A stretch of 64,000 nucleotides of DNA from Chrysomallon squamiferum. Lineage: Eukaryota; Animalia; Mollusca. Numbering within the stretch: the first letter of the stretch is position 1; every line of letters starts with the position of its first letter. Location of the stretch: assembly GCA_012295275.1 (NCBI GenBank), contig CM022673.1, positions 12,834,001-12,898,000 on the forward strand. Reading direction: 5' to 3'. The notes below the pieces were generated by a model, which was not told the origin of the DNA, did no database searches, and saw only the letters and a list, made by a program, of their open reading frames with translations. This document shows positions 15,306 through 27,660 of the stretch, one piece after another. The position numbers were made by a program, and so were the translations under genes.

Positions 15306-16484
15306 TGAGTTGAAGGTTCATGCAAGCCTTTCTTGAGCACTTAGTGTTAGCTTGTTAAAATGTAAATTAAACAGAAGACATTAACAGTTAATCACGAACA
15401 GAATTTACAAGAGAATCAGATAGCAGATTTTTTTAGCCCAGAACCTGCCACCTTTGAAGCATATAGCTTAACCATTCAAAGACAGCTTAAGATTACATGA
15501 CCAGTATATAACCTGCTGTGTTCTGATTTTAATAATATTTTCATTAATGCAGATTACAATATTCGGAGTTATTTATTCATAAAGAAAGATCAACAACAAA
15601 AATCAGCCTTGTTCTAAGCAGCATGGACTAGCTGGTTCTCCTAAAACTCTAAAATAGCCACTTTTAATTAACTTATTTTTACTGCGGTCTCCTGCAGGTT
15701 CAATGCAACAATCCCACGTCCCTTCGGGCCCAGTATATCAAGATTGTTAATAATTTTTCTATGAATAAAAATTAAATAATTTTGGCGCAGTTGAATTTTG
15801 AGTTCTGTCTGTGAAATGTGATCTGATTGGCAACACAGAATGAAAACTGACTTGAGATATACAGAGCTTGCTTTATGAGATAAATATTCTTTGAATATGA
15901 ATTATATCTCTTAATTCAGGGTTTATTCTTCATTTGCATTTTGATTACAGGGTATATATTACTGTTAGTTATTTATGTATGTACAGTCAGATATATACAT
16001 ATATACAAAATATGTATACATGCAGATAAATATACATACATAGACACATACATGCAGACAATAATAATAAAATTAAAAAATGCATTAAAATAATAACTTT
16101 TTTTTCTACAAATGAAGGACAAAAACTAATAAAAATACTTAATTACACAGCTGAACTTTGTAAATGAGGAAATAATATTACCCTGGGGACTAATATATCT
16201 GTGTAAGATTTCAGTATGGATAACTCAACTGCTTGTTTTCAAATTTTTATAATGTTGTTTTAAAATATCTTGTAATGTTGTTCTCTGTCAAAAAGAACTT
16301 GGAACAATATTTTGATTTAAGATCATGTTTTCTTCCTAAACATTTTTTCTTCCTGTGTTGAAATCATTTGTAATGTCCTGGAGATTTCAGAAACTAACTG
16401 AAACAAAATCACAGAATGCTTTTTTTTTTTTAATTTAGGGTTGACATAAAATGGAATAGTTTTTGCATTTACAAATATGTTGTA

Positions 16485-16616
<132 letters not shown>

Positions 16617-17663
16617 GTATGTATCTGTATGCAACAGTAGGGATTTGTATGTACCTATCCACTTGGATCCACATTTGATTGTGTCTGAACATGCATGTCT
16701 GTTTGTATTGTATGTTGTTATAATTATTAGTAACTTATCTGTGTATTTCTGCATATTTTTATATATATTATTCAGATATCAAATATCAAAAAAAGACATT
16801 GAGGTGAAATTGTTTTTTAGTCACCATCAGAACAATGACAAAACAACTTTAAAAACAATAACACTGAAATCATTAATAATTTCATCACAGATATTTCAAT
16901 GATTGACATAAAGAGTTATTAATATTACATTATCAAGACAAACCAACCATAAAAACAAAAACCACTGAAAAAAAACCTGAAAGTTTTATCATGGAAATTT
17001 CACTTGAGCCAATACAACTTGTTGTTCCTGTGTAAACAACTTCAAAAAAAAAAAAAAAAAAAAAAAAAAAGCCATTGAAACAGTCAACACTTTTGTGATG
17101 GAAATTTTCACCATAGACCTCTATCACTTCTCCATTTCCTTGGAGACACTCACTTCCTGTCTTTGTTTCTAACGGCAACACTCTGCACACTTTGGACAGG
17201 TTATTCAATTTCTCAGGTTATTCTCCCATCATCACAGCTCACTGTTGTGTCCATTAGCAGTCCAGCAAGTGGGACCCATGTCAAAAATTAGATTGCAATT
17301 ACTGTCATTGAATGCTTAGTGAAATGGTTATTGTCATTACAGGAGCTGACTGTGGTATAAACACAATTTGGCAAACTTACACAGGACACTGGGGCCAGGA
17401 AAATATCAATTTTTATACAGCAACCAGTTCAGTGTGTGTGTGTGTGTGTTCTCCAAAGAGTGTTTTGTTTAGCAATAGTGAGGGAATTGTTTCACCTTTC
17501 TATTACTGTTGTTGTTGTTGTGGTTGTTATTATTATGCCAGTTATTATTATTGTTATTACTATTATTATTAATATTATTGTTGTTCTTGTTGTTGTTGTC
17601 ATTATTGTTATTACTGTCATCATCATCATCATTATTATTATTTCATTATGTCTGTTATATATT

Positions 17664-17723
<60 letters not shown>

Positions 17724-17845
17724 CATGTCTACACATATTCAGCTTCACAAATGTTTTATCAACTCTTCACAATGCATATGCAAATACATATACACACATA
17801 CAAAAACACATAAAAACGTATGCACACAAATATGCACACAAACAG

Positions 17846-17878
<33 letters not shown>

Positions 17879-18169
17879 GAACTGGTACTATCAACATTGG
17901 CCAAACTGTGCCTCAATGAAAGGTTATCAACTGTCTAGTCTGTGATCACCTCAAGAGATGATAACAAACTTCAAAGACAAAGGATGGTTTAACAACTGTC
18001 TTAATGACAGACAAAACATCCTTAGTAAATTATTTACAAGTCTCATATCAAAGAAAACATCACACTTGTTATCTTCTCCAAGTGATGACCTGTTCAAAAC
18101 CAATCAAATAATTAGGTGCAGTTTTACAGTCTTGAACATCCTCACTATTCATATATATAGAGATGGACA

Positions 18170-18376
18170 TACTGACAGACAGACAGACAGATAATCAGAT
18201 ACATAGGCAGACAAACAGATAATCTGATGCACAGAGATAAAAAAAAAAATACTGGTAGACTGATATATTGAAAAAAGAAATAAACAAATATATATATTAA
18301 CAGTAAGACGCACAAACAGACAGTGGTAGATAGATAGACAGACAGACAGACAGACATACAGACAGATAGAGGTAGG

Positions 18377-18428
<52 letters not shown>

Positions 18429-19442
18429 TAGATAGACAGATAGATAGATAGATAGATAGAAAGACAGACAGACAGACAGATAAGCAGGTAGATAGATAGA
18501 TAGATAGATAGGTAGGTAGGTAGGTAGGTAGGTAGAAAGACAGATGAATGGATGAATGGATGGACAGTGAGAAGGACAGACAGACAGAGAGATAGATAAA
18601 AAGAAATATGACTAGGTTAAATGACATCAAACTGTGTTAAACCTCATATAACATACCTCAGAAATAAAATAAATTTCTGTTTATCTAATTAATATTAAAC
18701 TGCAATGAAATCTGGGAAATCTTATAAAATCACTTCTATAAATGTGATACAAATCGAGGATTCACAAAATAATGAAATAATTTATTATTTGAAATTCCTC
18801 TCAAAAATTTTTTTGCTATGTGCTAACATCAGTTAAAGGTCAGACACACTATCAGAGCTTTCCACAGAATACACAGACAGTTAAGAGAACAAAACCCTTT
18901 AGGTAAGGTATTAACTGCTAATGCTATGGAGAAGTCAAATTAACAAGACACATTCTGCGTAAGTGCTGTTTATTTCCCTTGTGATTTGTAAATTAATAAC
19001 TCTGTATGTTATCAAATCACTATATAAATTATTTTCTACAGTTTATGACTGCCCAAACATTAATTTATCAGTCACATTAATCCTAACAGAGTTATTGCCC
19101 TTCATTATTTTTAAACTAAATAAAAACAAGCATCATTATATGAAATAATATTTTCATTATATTAAAAACTAAAATGTAATTTAAATGCAAACTTTTAAAA
19201 TAATTAAGAAAAACATTTAAAAAAAAAAAAAAAAAAATTATTCATTGAAATTAGAATTTATAATGAAACAAATAAAAAAAGAAAAAAAAGAAAGAAATTA
19301 TAATTCTTATAAATGATTGTTTAATTTAACAAAATTTCGACACAGAGATATAGTTTTGATATAAAACATTCCACTCTTACCACCTGGGTTATTCTTACCA
19401 GTTAGCAGGAAGAGATCTTTTATTTGCTGATTTTGCATTTAC

Positions 19443-19476
<34 letters not shown>

Positions 19477-20023
19477 GTAGACCATTTGGTGAGATTTGTT
19501 TAGATTGGGAAATGACAGTAAGCTAAAAAGGGAGATAAAGCAAGATGAACAAAATCTTGGATGTATTTATCTCCCTTACATAGCAACAAACATGTATTTC
19601 ATTCCAAATTGATTATATATTTCTTAATTGTTATATAATATAATAAAGCATGTACAAAATGTTTAAATATACTTTAGGAAGATTGCCAACACTTAGAAAA
19701 CCAGGTATTTCATTATTTGTATACATGTTTTCTGTTTAGCTGCCTTTATTACTCATCTTCTGTACAGACACTTGAACTGATTTATCATGAAACTGACAGA
19801 AGACTGACAGCAAACTGGCACAAATGTGACAGCAACCTGACTTCATATTGACATCAAGCTTTACAAAGAATAATTAATAAATGTCTCTAACTGTATGTTA
19901 ATATAGAAACTGGACATAAACTGGAAACCAAAAAGCAGGTGATGCCATCCCCTTTAGAGTCCCCATGTCAATCACTGTTTATATATTGTTATTTAATATA
20001 TAGATAGATAGATATATAGATAT

Positions 20024-20091
<68 letters not shown>

Positions 20092-20094
20092 GAG

Positions 20095-20125
<31 letters not shown>

Positions 20126-20175
20126 GATAGGAGGAAGGCAGACAGACAGATGGATAGACAGATAGAGAGATAGAT
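18170..20175. repeat. (GACA)/(GATA)/(GGTA)n tetranucleotide tracts (18170-18600, 20000-20175)
   Basis: Direct. Confidence 0.9.
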
Positions 20176-20936
20176 GTATATAATTATAATGTTTAAGTCC
20201 ATCATAAATATTTTGTTTGACTGTTTTCACATTACTCTGTGTTTTGAAATGTAAATTATAATGTCTGTATGTCTAATTATGTTTTCTTCAGACACAAAAT
20301 TAAAACATTCATATGCAGGACTCCATTACAACCCAGACACAACTCACTGATACATGTTACAGAGACAAGCGCATTGATGTTAATTGAGATAGTTCAGAAA
20401 AGAAAGAGAAAGATTACTGAGTGAATGTCACACAACAAGGAACTGATTTGCTGTGAGTGCTGATTATTCTGTCTTGATGGTATTATTTTATTAATATATA
20501 CAAAAAATCACTGATATTATGGAAATCTGGTTCATGTCTGTGCACACAAAACTGCACAGCCTGGTTTTCGTAACTGACTCCCATGAAAGATGGGAAAATT
20601 GTGCTAATGAAGCTAAGAATAAAAATATAGTGTTTTTATAAATAATAGGTTTTGTCTGGTGCCTAAAAAAAATTGAAAATTGAAAAAATAGAATTGTAAT
20701 AATGTACATCTGCCTTGATTTAAGTTAATTTTGTTAACATTCATCCATCCATCCACCCATTCATTCATTCATTCATTCATTCATTCAGGACATGGGGGGA
20801 AATACACAGGGAGATGGCATCCCATTTCTATCATTGCTTAAAATGGTTATGTAATGACTGGTTTCATTCACACCTCTTCTTTTTTCTTTTTAATGCTCTC
20901 TCTCTCTCTTTCTCTGTTATTCATGTTCTTGCTCTT

Positions 20937-20979
<43 letters not shown>

Positions 20980-22289
20980 CTCTCTATCTCTTTCATACTC
21001 TTACTGTTTCTCTCTTCCCTCTCTCTCTCCTTCATACTTTCATTCTTTCTCTCTCTCTTCCCCTGTGTTACTCTTTCTTGCTTTCTCTCTCTATTTATCT
21101 ACAGATGTAACAGAAAAGCCATTTTGTTTCAGTTTACATCTTGTCAGGTAATAATATGGTAAAGCATCCATTTTGTTCCACACTGAATTTATTGTAAGGT
21201 GTGTCTGCTCAGCCATCTTGTTTCACACTTAGTTTCAAAGTGAGGTGAGTGACTCCTCAAATTACATTACTCTAAATGAAACACTTACACTAAGAGATTT
21301 TTCTAGTGACTGAACTGAAACACAGAGTGACTGTAATTTCTTAGTCATGAAAAATATAATCACTGTTATTTGTTATTTCTGGGAAATAAATGTAAACTGA
21401 TGAAACTATATTAAATTTGTATAGTAAATTGTAATATATACATATATATATATATATATATAAATCATAATATATGTTTGTGTATGTGAATGAATCTGTA
21501 AAGTATGAAATACCTGCTAAAAAGACAAATTTGAGATGATAAATAAATTTACAATAAACATCACAACTGGTTATTGTTACCATTGGATTATTAATATAAA
21601 TGACTGAAAATTACACACAATTAATTTTGCTTTATACTAACCAAAAAGGTTAAGGGACATGAATTTTCACTATAAATTAAAAAAATAAAAGCTATGGCTA
21701 CATCAGTAATTACAGAATCAAACTATGTTGTTAGTCAAACCATTACAAAGAGTGTAAATACAATCAGTGTTTGACTCACAGTTAACTGGAAGAAGATGTA
21801 TAACAGAATTAAAATAGACTGAATTTAGAAAAACAAAATCTGTTTATGCTTAGTAAGACACATCACAGAGGATTTCTTGAAGTATGAATGTGCTCATCAG
21901 CATGTGACAAAAATGTTACATTTTGATTTACATGAAATAAAAACATTTTTTTCTGGATCTAGAAGGAAGGAAGAAGAAGAAAAGAAGAAGAAGAAGAAGA
22001 GATTAAAAAATCAATGAGTTGAATGTCATGATAGCTGACTTGGTTCATTCTGAATGACTTCTCCTAATTGGTGCAAGCCGGGTTGCTGTGGAGAGCTCTG
22101 GGAAGTGGAGGCATGTACAAACACAAGAATAATTAACTAGATGAAATGGTAAAGATGCAGTTCTGTGTGAATGGATGGGGAGAGTCATGAATTGTAAACA
22201 CTTTGAATGAAGCAATTAAAAGTATTGAATAGTAAAAATTTTGATAAATTAAAACTATTTAAGAAGACTGGTCCTTTGTTTTATAGTCA

Positions 22290-24075
22290 ATACACAACAC
22301 AAACAAGTCTTGTCTCAGGGTACAACACAAACAAGTTATGTACAGTGTACAACACAAATAAGTCATATCACAGAGTACAACACAAACAAATCTTGTCTCA
22401 GTGTACAACACAAAAAGTCAAGTTTCAGTGTACAACACAAACAAGTCAAGTCTCAGTGTACAACACAAACAAGTCAAGTCTCAGTGTACAACACAAACAA
22501 GTCTTGTCTCAGTGTACAACACAAACAAGTCAAGTCTCAGTGTACAACACAAACAAATCATGTCTCAGTGTACAACACAAAAAGTCAAGTCTCAGTGTAC
22601 AACACAAACAAGTCAAGTCTCAATATACAACACAAACAAGTCAAATCTCAATGTACAACAGAAACAAGTAATGTCTCAGTGTACAACACAAACAAGTCGT
22701 CTCAGTTTACAACACAAACAAGTCGTCTCAGTTTACAACACAAACATGTCGTCTCAGTTTACAACACAAACAAGTCAAGTCTCAGCGTACAACACAAACA
22801 AGTCAAGTCTCAGAGTACAACACAAACAAGTCAAGTCTCAGTGTACAAACAAGTCAAGTGTCAGAGTAACAGAAAAAAGTCTTGTTTCAGTATACAACAC
22901 AAACAACTCTTGTCGTAGTGTACAACACAAACAAGTCTTCAATAGTGTTCAACACAAACAAGTCTTGTCACAGTGTACAACACAAACAAGTCTTGTCTCA
23001 GTGTACAACACAAACAAGTCTTGTCTCAGTGTACAAACAAGTCAAGTCTCAGTGTACAACACAAACAAGTCAAGTCTCAGAGTACAACACAAACAAGTCT
23101 TGTCTCAGTGTACAACACAAACAAGTCTTGTCACAGTCAACTCAAAGAAGTCTTGTCTCAGTGTACAACACAAACAAGTCTTGTTTCAGTGTACAACACA
23201 AAAAAGTCTTGTCTCAGTGTACAACACAAACAAGTCTTGTCTCAGTGTACAACACAAACAAGTCTTGTCTCAGTGTACAACACAAACAAGTCTTGTCACA
23301 GTGTACAACTCAAACAAGTCTTGACTCAGTGTATAAACAAGTCAAGTGTCAGTGTAACAGAAAAAAGTCTTGTTTCAGTATAGAACACAAACAACTCTTG
23401 TCGTAGTGTACAACACAAACAAGTCTTCAATAGTGTTCAACACAAACAAGTCTTCAATAGTGTTCAACACAAACAAGTCTTGTCACAGTGTACAACACAA
23501 ACAAGTCTTGTCTCAGTGTACAACACAAACGAGTCTTGTCTCAGTGTACAACACAAACAAGTCTTGTCTCAGTGTACAACGCAAACAAGTCTTGTCTCAG
23601 TGTACAACGCAAACAAGTCTTGTCTCAGTGTACAACACAAACAAGTCTTGTCACAGTGTACAACTCAAACAAGTCTTGTCTCAGTGTATAAACAAGTCAA
23701 GTGTCAGTGTAACAGAAAAAAGTCTTGTTTCAGTATACAACACAAACAACTCTTGTCGTAGTGTACAACACAAACAAGTCTTCAATAGTGTTCAACACAA
23801 ACAAGTCTTGTCACAGTGTACAATACAAACAAGTGTTGTCTCACTGTACTACTCAAACAAGTCTTGTCTCACTGTACAACAAAAACAACTCATGTCTCAG
23901 TATACAATACAAACAAGACATATCAGTGTACAACACAAGTTATGTCACAGTGTATAACGCAATTACGTCATGTACAACACAAACAAGTCATGTATAACAC
24001 AAACAAGTCATGTATAACACAAACAAGTCTTGTCGCTGTATACAATAGAAACATGTCGTGTCACACTGTACAACA
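22290..24075. repeat. 28-bp minisatellite (CAGTGTACAACACAAACAAGTC[TT/AA]GTCT), ~60+ copies, with higher-order structure
   Basis: Directly visible tandem unit with degenerate ends. It explains the overlapping TTQTS/YNTNKS/VQHKQV ORFs in all three plus frames. Confidence 0.97.
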
Positions 24076-25020
24076 TGAGTATTGTGTGATTAAAGATATC
24101 TAATTCACATCGCCATCACTCACCGCGACAACGCCACTCAATAACTGTCACCCGCTAATGATCGACGCGACATAAACGACATTGTTGCCGCTGTCAGCCA
24201 GAATACTCTTTAATTGCTTTTCTGTTCATTTGTATTTGCTTGCAACGATGCTGTCATTCTGTTTCTCCTGATATCACTCGGAGCGAGAGCCTGGCTATTT
24301 ACTCTTATTAGTGGTACGGAGTTCGTATTGTCTCAATATATAACCTTACGCACGGCTCCAGGCTATTTTGACATTTCTTCAGAAATAATTGGCATTTCCA
24401 GTTGTTGTAATTTTAGATAAATGCAAGATGTCTAGTGGGAAATTTTAAAACATAAATTATAAAATAAACTAACTTAGAAAAAATAATTAAATTATGAATA
24501 TATTGCTTCTTTTTTTTCTTTTTTTTAATGTGTATTTATTTGTATTGATTTTTCTTTAATTTTAATTTTAATTATTCTTATCATTTTTTATTTTTTATTA
24601 TTATTATTTTTTTTATGTAAGGTATGTGTTAAATAACTTCATATATATTTTTTTAAATATTATTCCTATTCAAACACACAGATGTATATAATTTTAATAT
24701 AGAATTATGGCATTTAATATAATAAAATAAAACAATCAGTCTAACCAAAAGAAATAAATTTTGAAAACAAAATTAAAATTCTTCTAAAATCATGTTAATT
24801 AATTTTCCTCAGTGGATACTCACTGTGTAATTTCCTTTTCAAAAAACTACTCCATGACTAGAACATCAAAGTGTTTTATGTGTTTTCATATTTTATAAAT
24901 ATCCATCGGTGGTAATAGTTTTCACATTCCTATTACGCATGCGCGAAGAGTAACGTCCCTTGACAAACTAGACTGAAACTAATCTATTTACAAATTGAGG
25001 GGCGTGACAGACAGTTTGTA

Positions 25021-25400
25021 ATGGGCGACATGGTTAGCTTCATAGCGGATTTTAAACATTGGCAACTAACATGTACATATTTTGAATTAGATGGTATAAT
25101 GGCCGTAGAAAATGGTCCACTCAAATGCACAGCAGAATGGTTCAAATTGAGAAGCAGCGCAACAACTTGGACAAAGTGTCTGCGACTCGTACCCGAGGGT
25201 TTCGAAAACGCCAGATTAAAAAACTATTTTGTAAAAAGTACAAACAAAATATCTGACAGGGATTCCATACGGGCGTTTAAAAGTTTGAAAAATTATGAAT
25301 ATTTCTCGGATGGATATATACAATTTGTTTACTGGAAACACATGCAGGCACAAATATTGTAAATAAGCCGCCATGTCAAAATCATCACGTGTGAGTCTCA
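25021..25400 (+). pseudogene. N-terminal fragment of transposon accessory ORF (region that precedes SWIM/YqaJ-type exonuclease domains in ISL2EU-like elements)
   Basis: ORF 25021-25362 reads ...TTWTKCLRLVPEGFENARLKNYFVKSTNKISDRDSIRAFKSLKNYEYFSDGYIQ. This resembles the recalled W(T/S)xDL..LP......YLV......K(A)YKSLxAYxYFxxGxV motif. It is truncated by a stop and then microsatellite; no SWIM or YqaJ domain is visible. Confidence 0.65.
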
Positions 25401-25459
25401 GCATATTAATAAAATGTATATGTGTGTGTGTTGTGTGTGTGTCTGTGTGTGTTGTGTAT

Positions 25460-25506
<47 letters not shown>

Positions 25507-25574
25507 AACATACACAGTTTTTTCATATATACATGTATAATTTGTAAATATATATATATATATATATATATGTC

Positions 25575-25610
<36 letters not shown>

Positions 25611-25734
25611 CACACACACACAAACACATATATGTATACATATACATGTAAATATGAAAAAACTGTGTATGCTTATATATGTATATTTTTGTTCTGTATA
25701 TATGTATATAAAAGCATAATATTAATATACATAA

Positions 25735-25880
25735 ATGCTGTTATCCATCCTGATATCCCACAGACACTACAAACATTGGCAATAACTTGTTTATTCGGCA
25801 AATCTTTGCAGTGATACCATTTACAGCCAGAGTATGTACGCCTTTGTTGCAGACACATCTCTGACTGAACACTGACAACA
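25735..25880 (-). pseudogene. DDE_Tnp_4 (Harbinger/ISL2EU-type) catalytic-domain fragment
   Basis: ORF 25673-25912 contains VQSEMCLQQRRTYSGCKWYHC, resembling the recalled 'P..L..QxxT(Y/W)SxYKxHxTxK' motif. It lies downstream of THAP and HTH on the same strand. Confidence 0.5.
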
Positions 25881-26164
25881 TGGCCGCACACTATGACGAT
25901 CAAACAAAACATACAGTAACATGATTAATTAAATCTTTTGTTTATGAAGGAAATGTGAGCAACTTCATTCCTTACAGTGTTAAAACCAGTTACTTGTCTA
26001 ATTACAGTTAGTGTTAGGTGTAATTAGTACAAACACAGTCAAGTATACATGCTTTATGCTTAAAAAAAAGTCTATAAATGAACCATTTATTTTGGAATAA
26101 CATATAATTGTTACATTGAAGATTGTACCTTTACTCATATACTCACACAAACACCTACATACTT

Positions 26165-26260
26165 GTACAACCTCTACTAAGTATTTGTGACTCCAAGCAG
26201 CAAACACCTCAACTAGTTGCAGTAGACTGAATAATTAAGAACATAACTGAAAGTATTGTT
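26165..26260 (-). pseudogene. HTH_Tnp_4-like transposase fragment
   Basis: Across a frameshift it reads FLIIQSTATS / VFAAWSHKYL, similar to the recalled FGISQSTVSRIFxTWINxLY helix. Its position between THAP and DDE fragments is as expected. Confidence 0.4.
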
Positions 26261-26291
26261 CTCTGAAGTTATCTGAACGATGTCATTAAGT

Positions 26292-26449
26292 TCAAAAATT
26301 GTGCCGAACAAATCCTCGTGTTTGCAGTAACATTAAAAACGATTACCCACAAAAGATTCTGATATGGATATCGATGGAAGGTTAACGAATTTCTCGGACT
26401 TCTGCTACTATTACAGTTAAACAGCTGAACAATGGTCATGGCCTGCCAT
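26292..26449 (-). pseudogene. THAP zinc-finger DNA-binding domain of transposase (frameshifted)
   Basis: Manual translation from ATG 26449: MAGHDHCSAV/(frameshift)FNCNSSRSPRNSLTFHRYPYQNLLWVIVFNVTANTRICSAQF. It has the THAP signature C..C, FHRYP, W, RICSx(H>Q)F. Confidence 0.75.
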
Positions 26450-27589
26450 TACAGTATGATTACTTTTGCCCACCAACTTGCAAGTAGGGCTATTTTGGCG
26501 AGATCTCACGATTTGCGTCCTCGAATTATCCTGGAACAGGCCCATGCGCGGTGGAATGTGAAGTACTTCTGTTGGTAGGAGTAATTCTTAATAACAATGA
26601 CATGTTTCTGCTTTAAAAAAAAAAAAAAAACCTCATCATCCCGTTTTCAACTTAAATTTTTACTCATTTTGAAATATTGCTCTAAAATAAAATTATGATA
26701 TTTTGTAACTAACACATTTTCTCTTCAGTTTTTTTCATACGTTCTTGATTATTTTTAAAATCATCTGTGAAGTAATTACGTCATTCAGGAAAAAAACAAC
26801 CCTAAAAAAACAAGCATGTTTTTAACACAGACGCAACTACAGATGATGATGTACTATGATAAACCCAGTCTGCTGAACTCCCATCTTCAAGCTGTTTATC
26901 CCAATTAGCAGCAAACTGATGTTATGAGTAACAAGAAGGTCTTTCTAGCATCATACAAAGTATGTGTCTGAAACGATCTTCTACATCTTTATCTCTCATG
27001 CAGTTAAGTCGAGTTTTCAAACCAGAAAAACAGCTTTTGTACTAATAGGATGTTTTTAAATGATTACAGTGTTTATAATGAGGTGTGATGTGTCAGTGGG
27101 TCGGTTCTCTGTGATGTCTAAGTTTGTTTATATTGTTATATGAGTGGTATGAACGAAAATTTGTTTACTACTTTCTCAGTGTATCATGATTAAAAAATAG
27201 TTTAAAGCAGAACATTATTCAGACGTTAAAGAGTATATTGATAAATAGACAGGAAATTCAGTTTAAATAACAAGGAATGTTTTATATATGCAAAGAATAT
27301 GTGATTTTTTCATAATGTTAGAATGAAAAAGAAATCTTAAGTCTCAGTGTTACATTTTCGTTCCATTCTCATATAAATAGAAGGATTTTACTACATTTAA
27401 TAATTCATCAGCTTTATCTGTTATTTTCATATTTTTGTTTACCTCTAGTAAATAATGTATACTGATTTTATTATACCAGACATCATAGACCACTGTCTTT
27501 GATTATAACATCATGGAGCTCTGGTTACAATGGAAAAATGCCCAAAAGGACGCCATGAAGGACTGATCTTGCAAACCACCTGAAACAAG

Positions 27590-27660
27590 CACATATCCTG
27601 ACTGTGAAAGATTCATATAAAAGAATCCTTGCTGTTGAACAGAAAGTGTAACAATCCACG
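27590..27660 (+). mobile_element. Deu/Nin-domain SINE core fragment
   Basis: ATATCCTGACTGTGAAAGATTCATATAAAAGAATCCTTGCTGTT. Confidence 0.6.

Larger units (their letters stand above)
24914..26573. mobile_element. Degenerate, internally deleted ISL2EU-like DNA transposon (PIF/Harbinger-related PHIS group)
   Basis: Imperfect TIRs: left AATAG-TTTTCACATTCCtattACGCATG (from 24914); right, reverse-complemented, AACAGAAGTACTTCACATTCCaccGCGCATG (ends 26573). Inside are THAP, HTH-like and DDE_Tnp_4-like fragments on minus and an accessory-protein fragment on plus, in convergent orientation. CpG-rich relative to flanks. Family assignment is from recalled motifs. Confidence 0.75.

Noticed and set aside
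15430-15485. tRNA gene (A/B-box-like words on minus)
   Set aside because: No cloverleaf can be built; at most a decayed SINE head.
17140-17280. Minus-strand exon ending at AA|GTGAGT
   Set aside because: Stops occur in all frames shortly upstream and there is no good acceptor.
22207-24103. Long overlapping ORFs (up to 307 aa) and CRISPR-like appearance
   Set aside because: These are translations of a stop-poor 28-bp satellite in all three frames. There are no unique spacers, no cas genes, and the context is eukaryotic.
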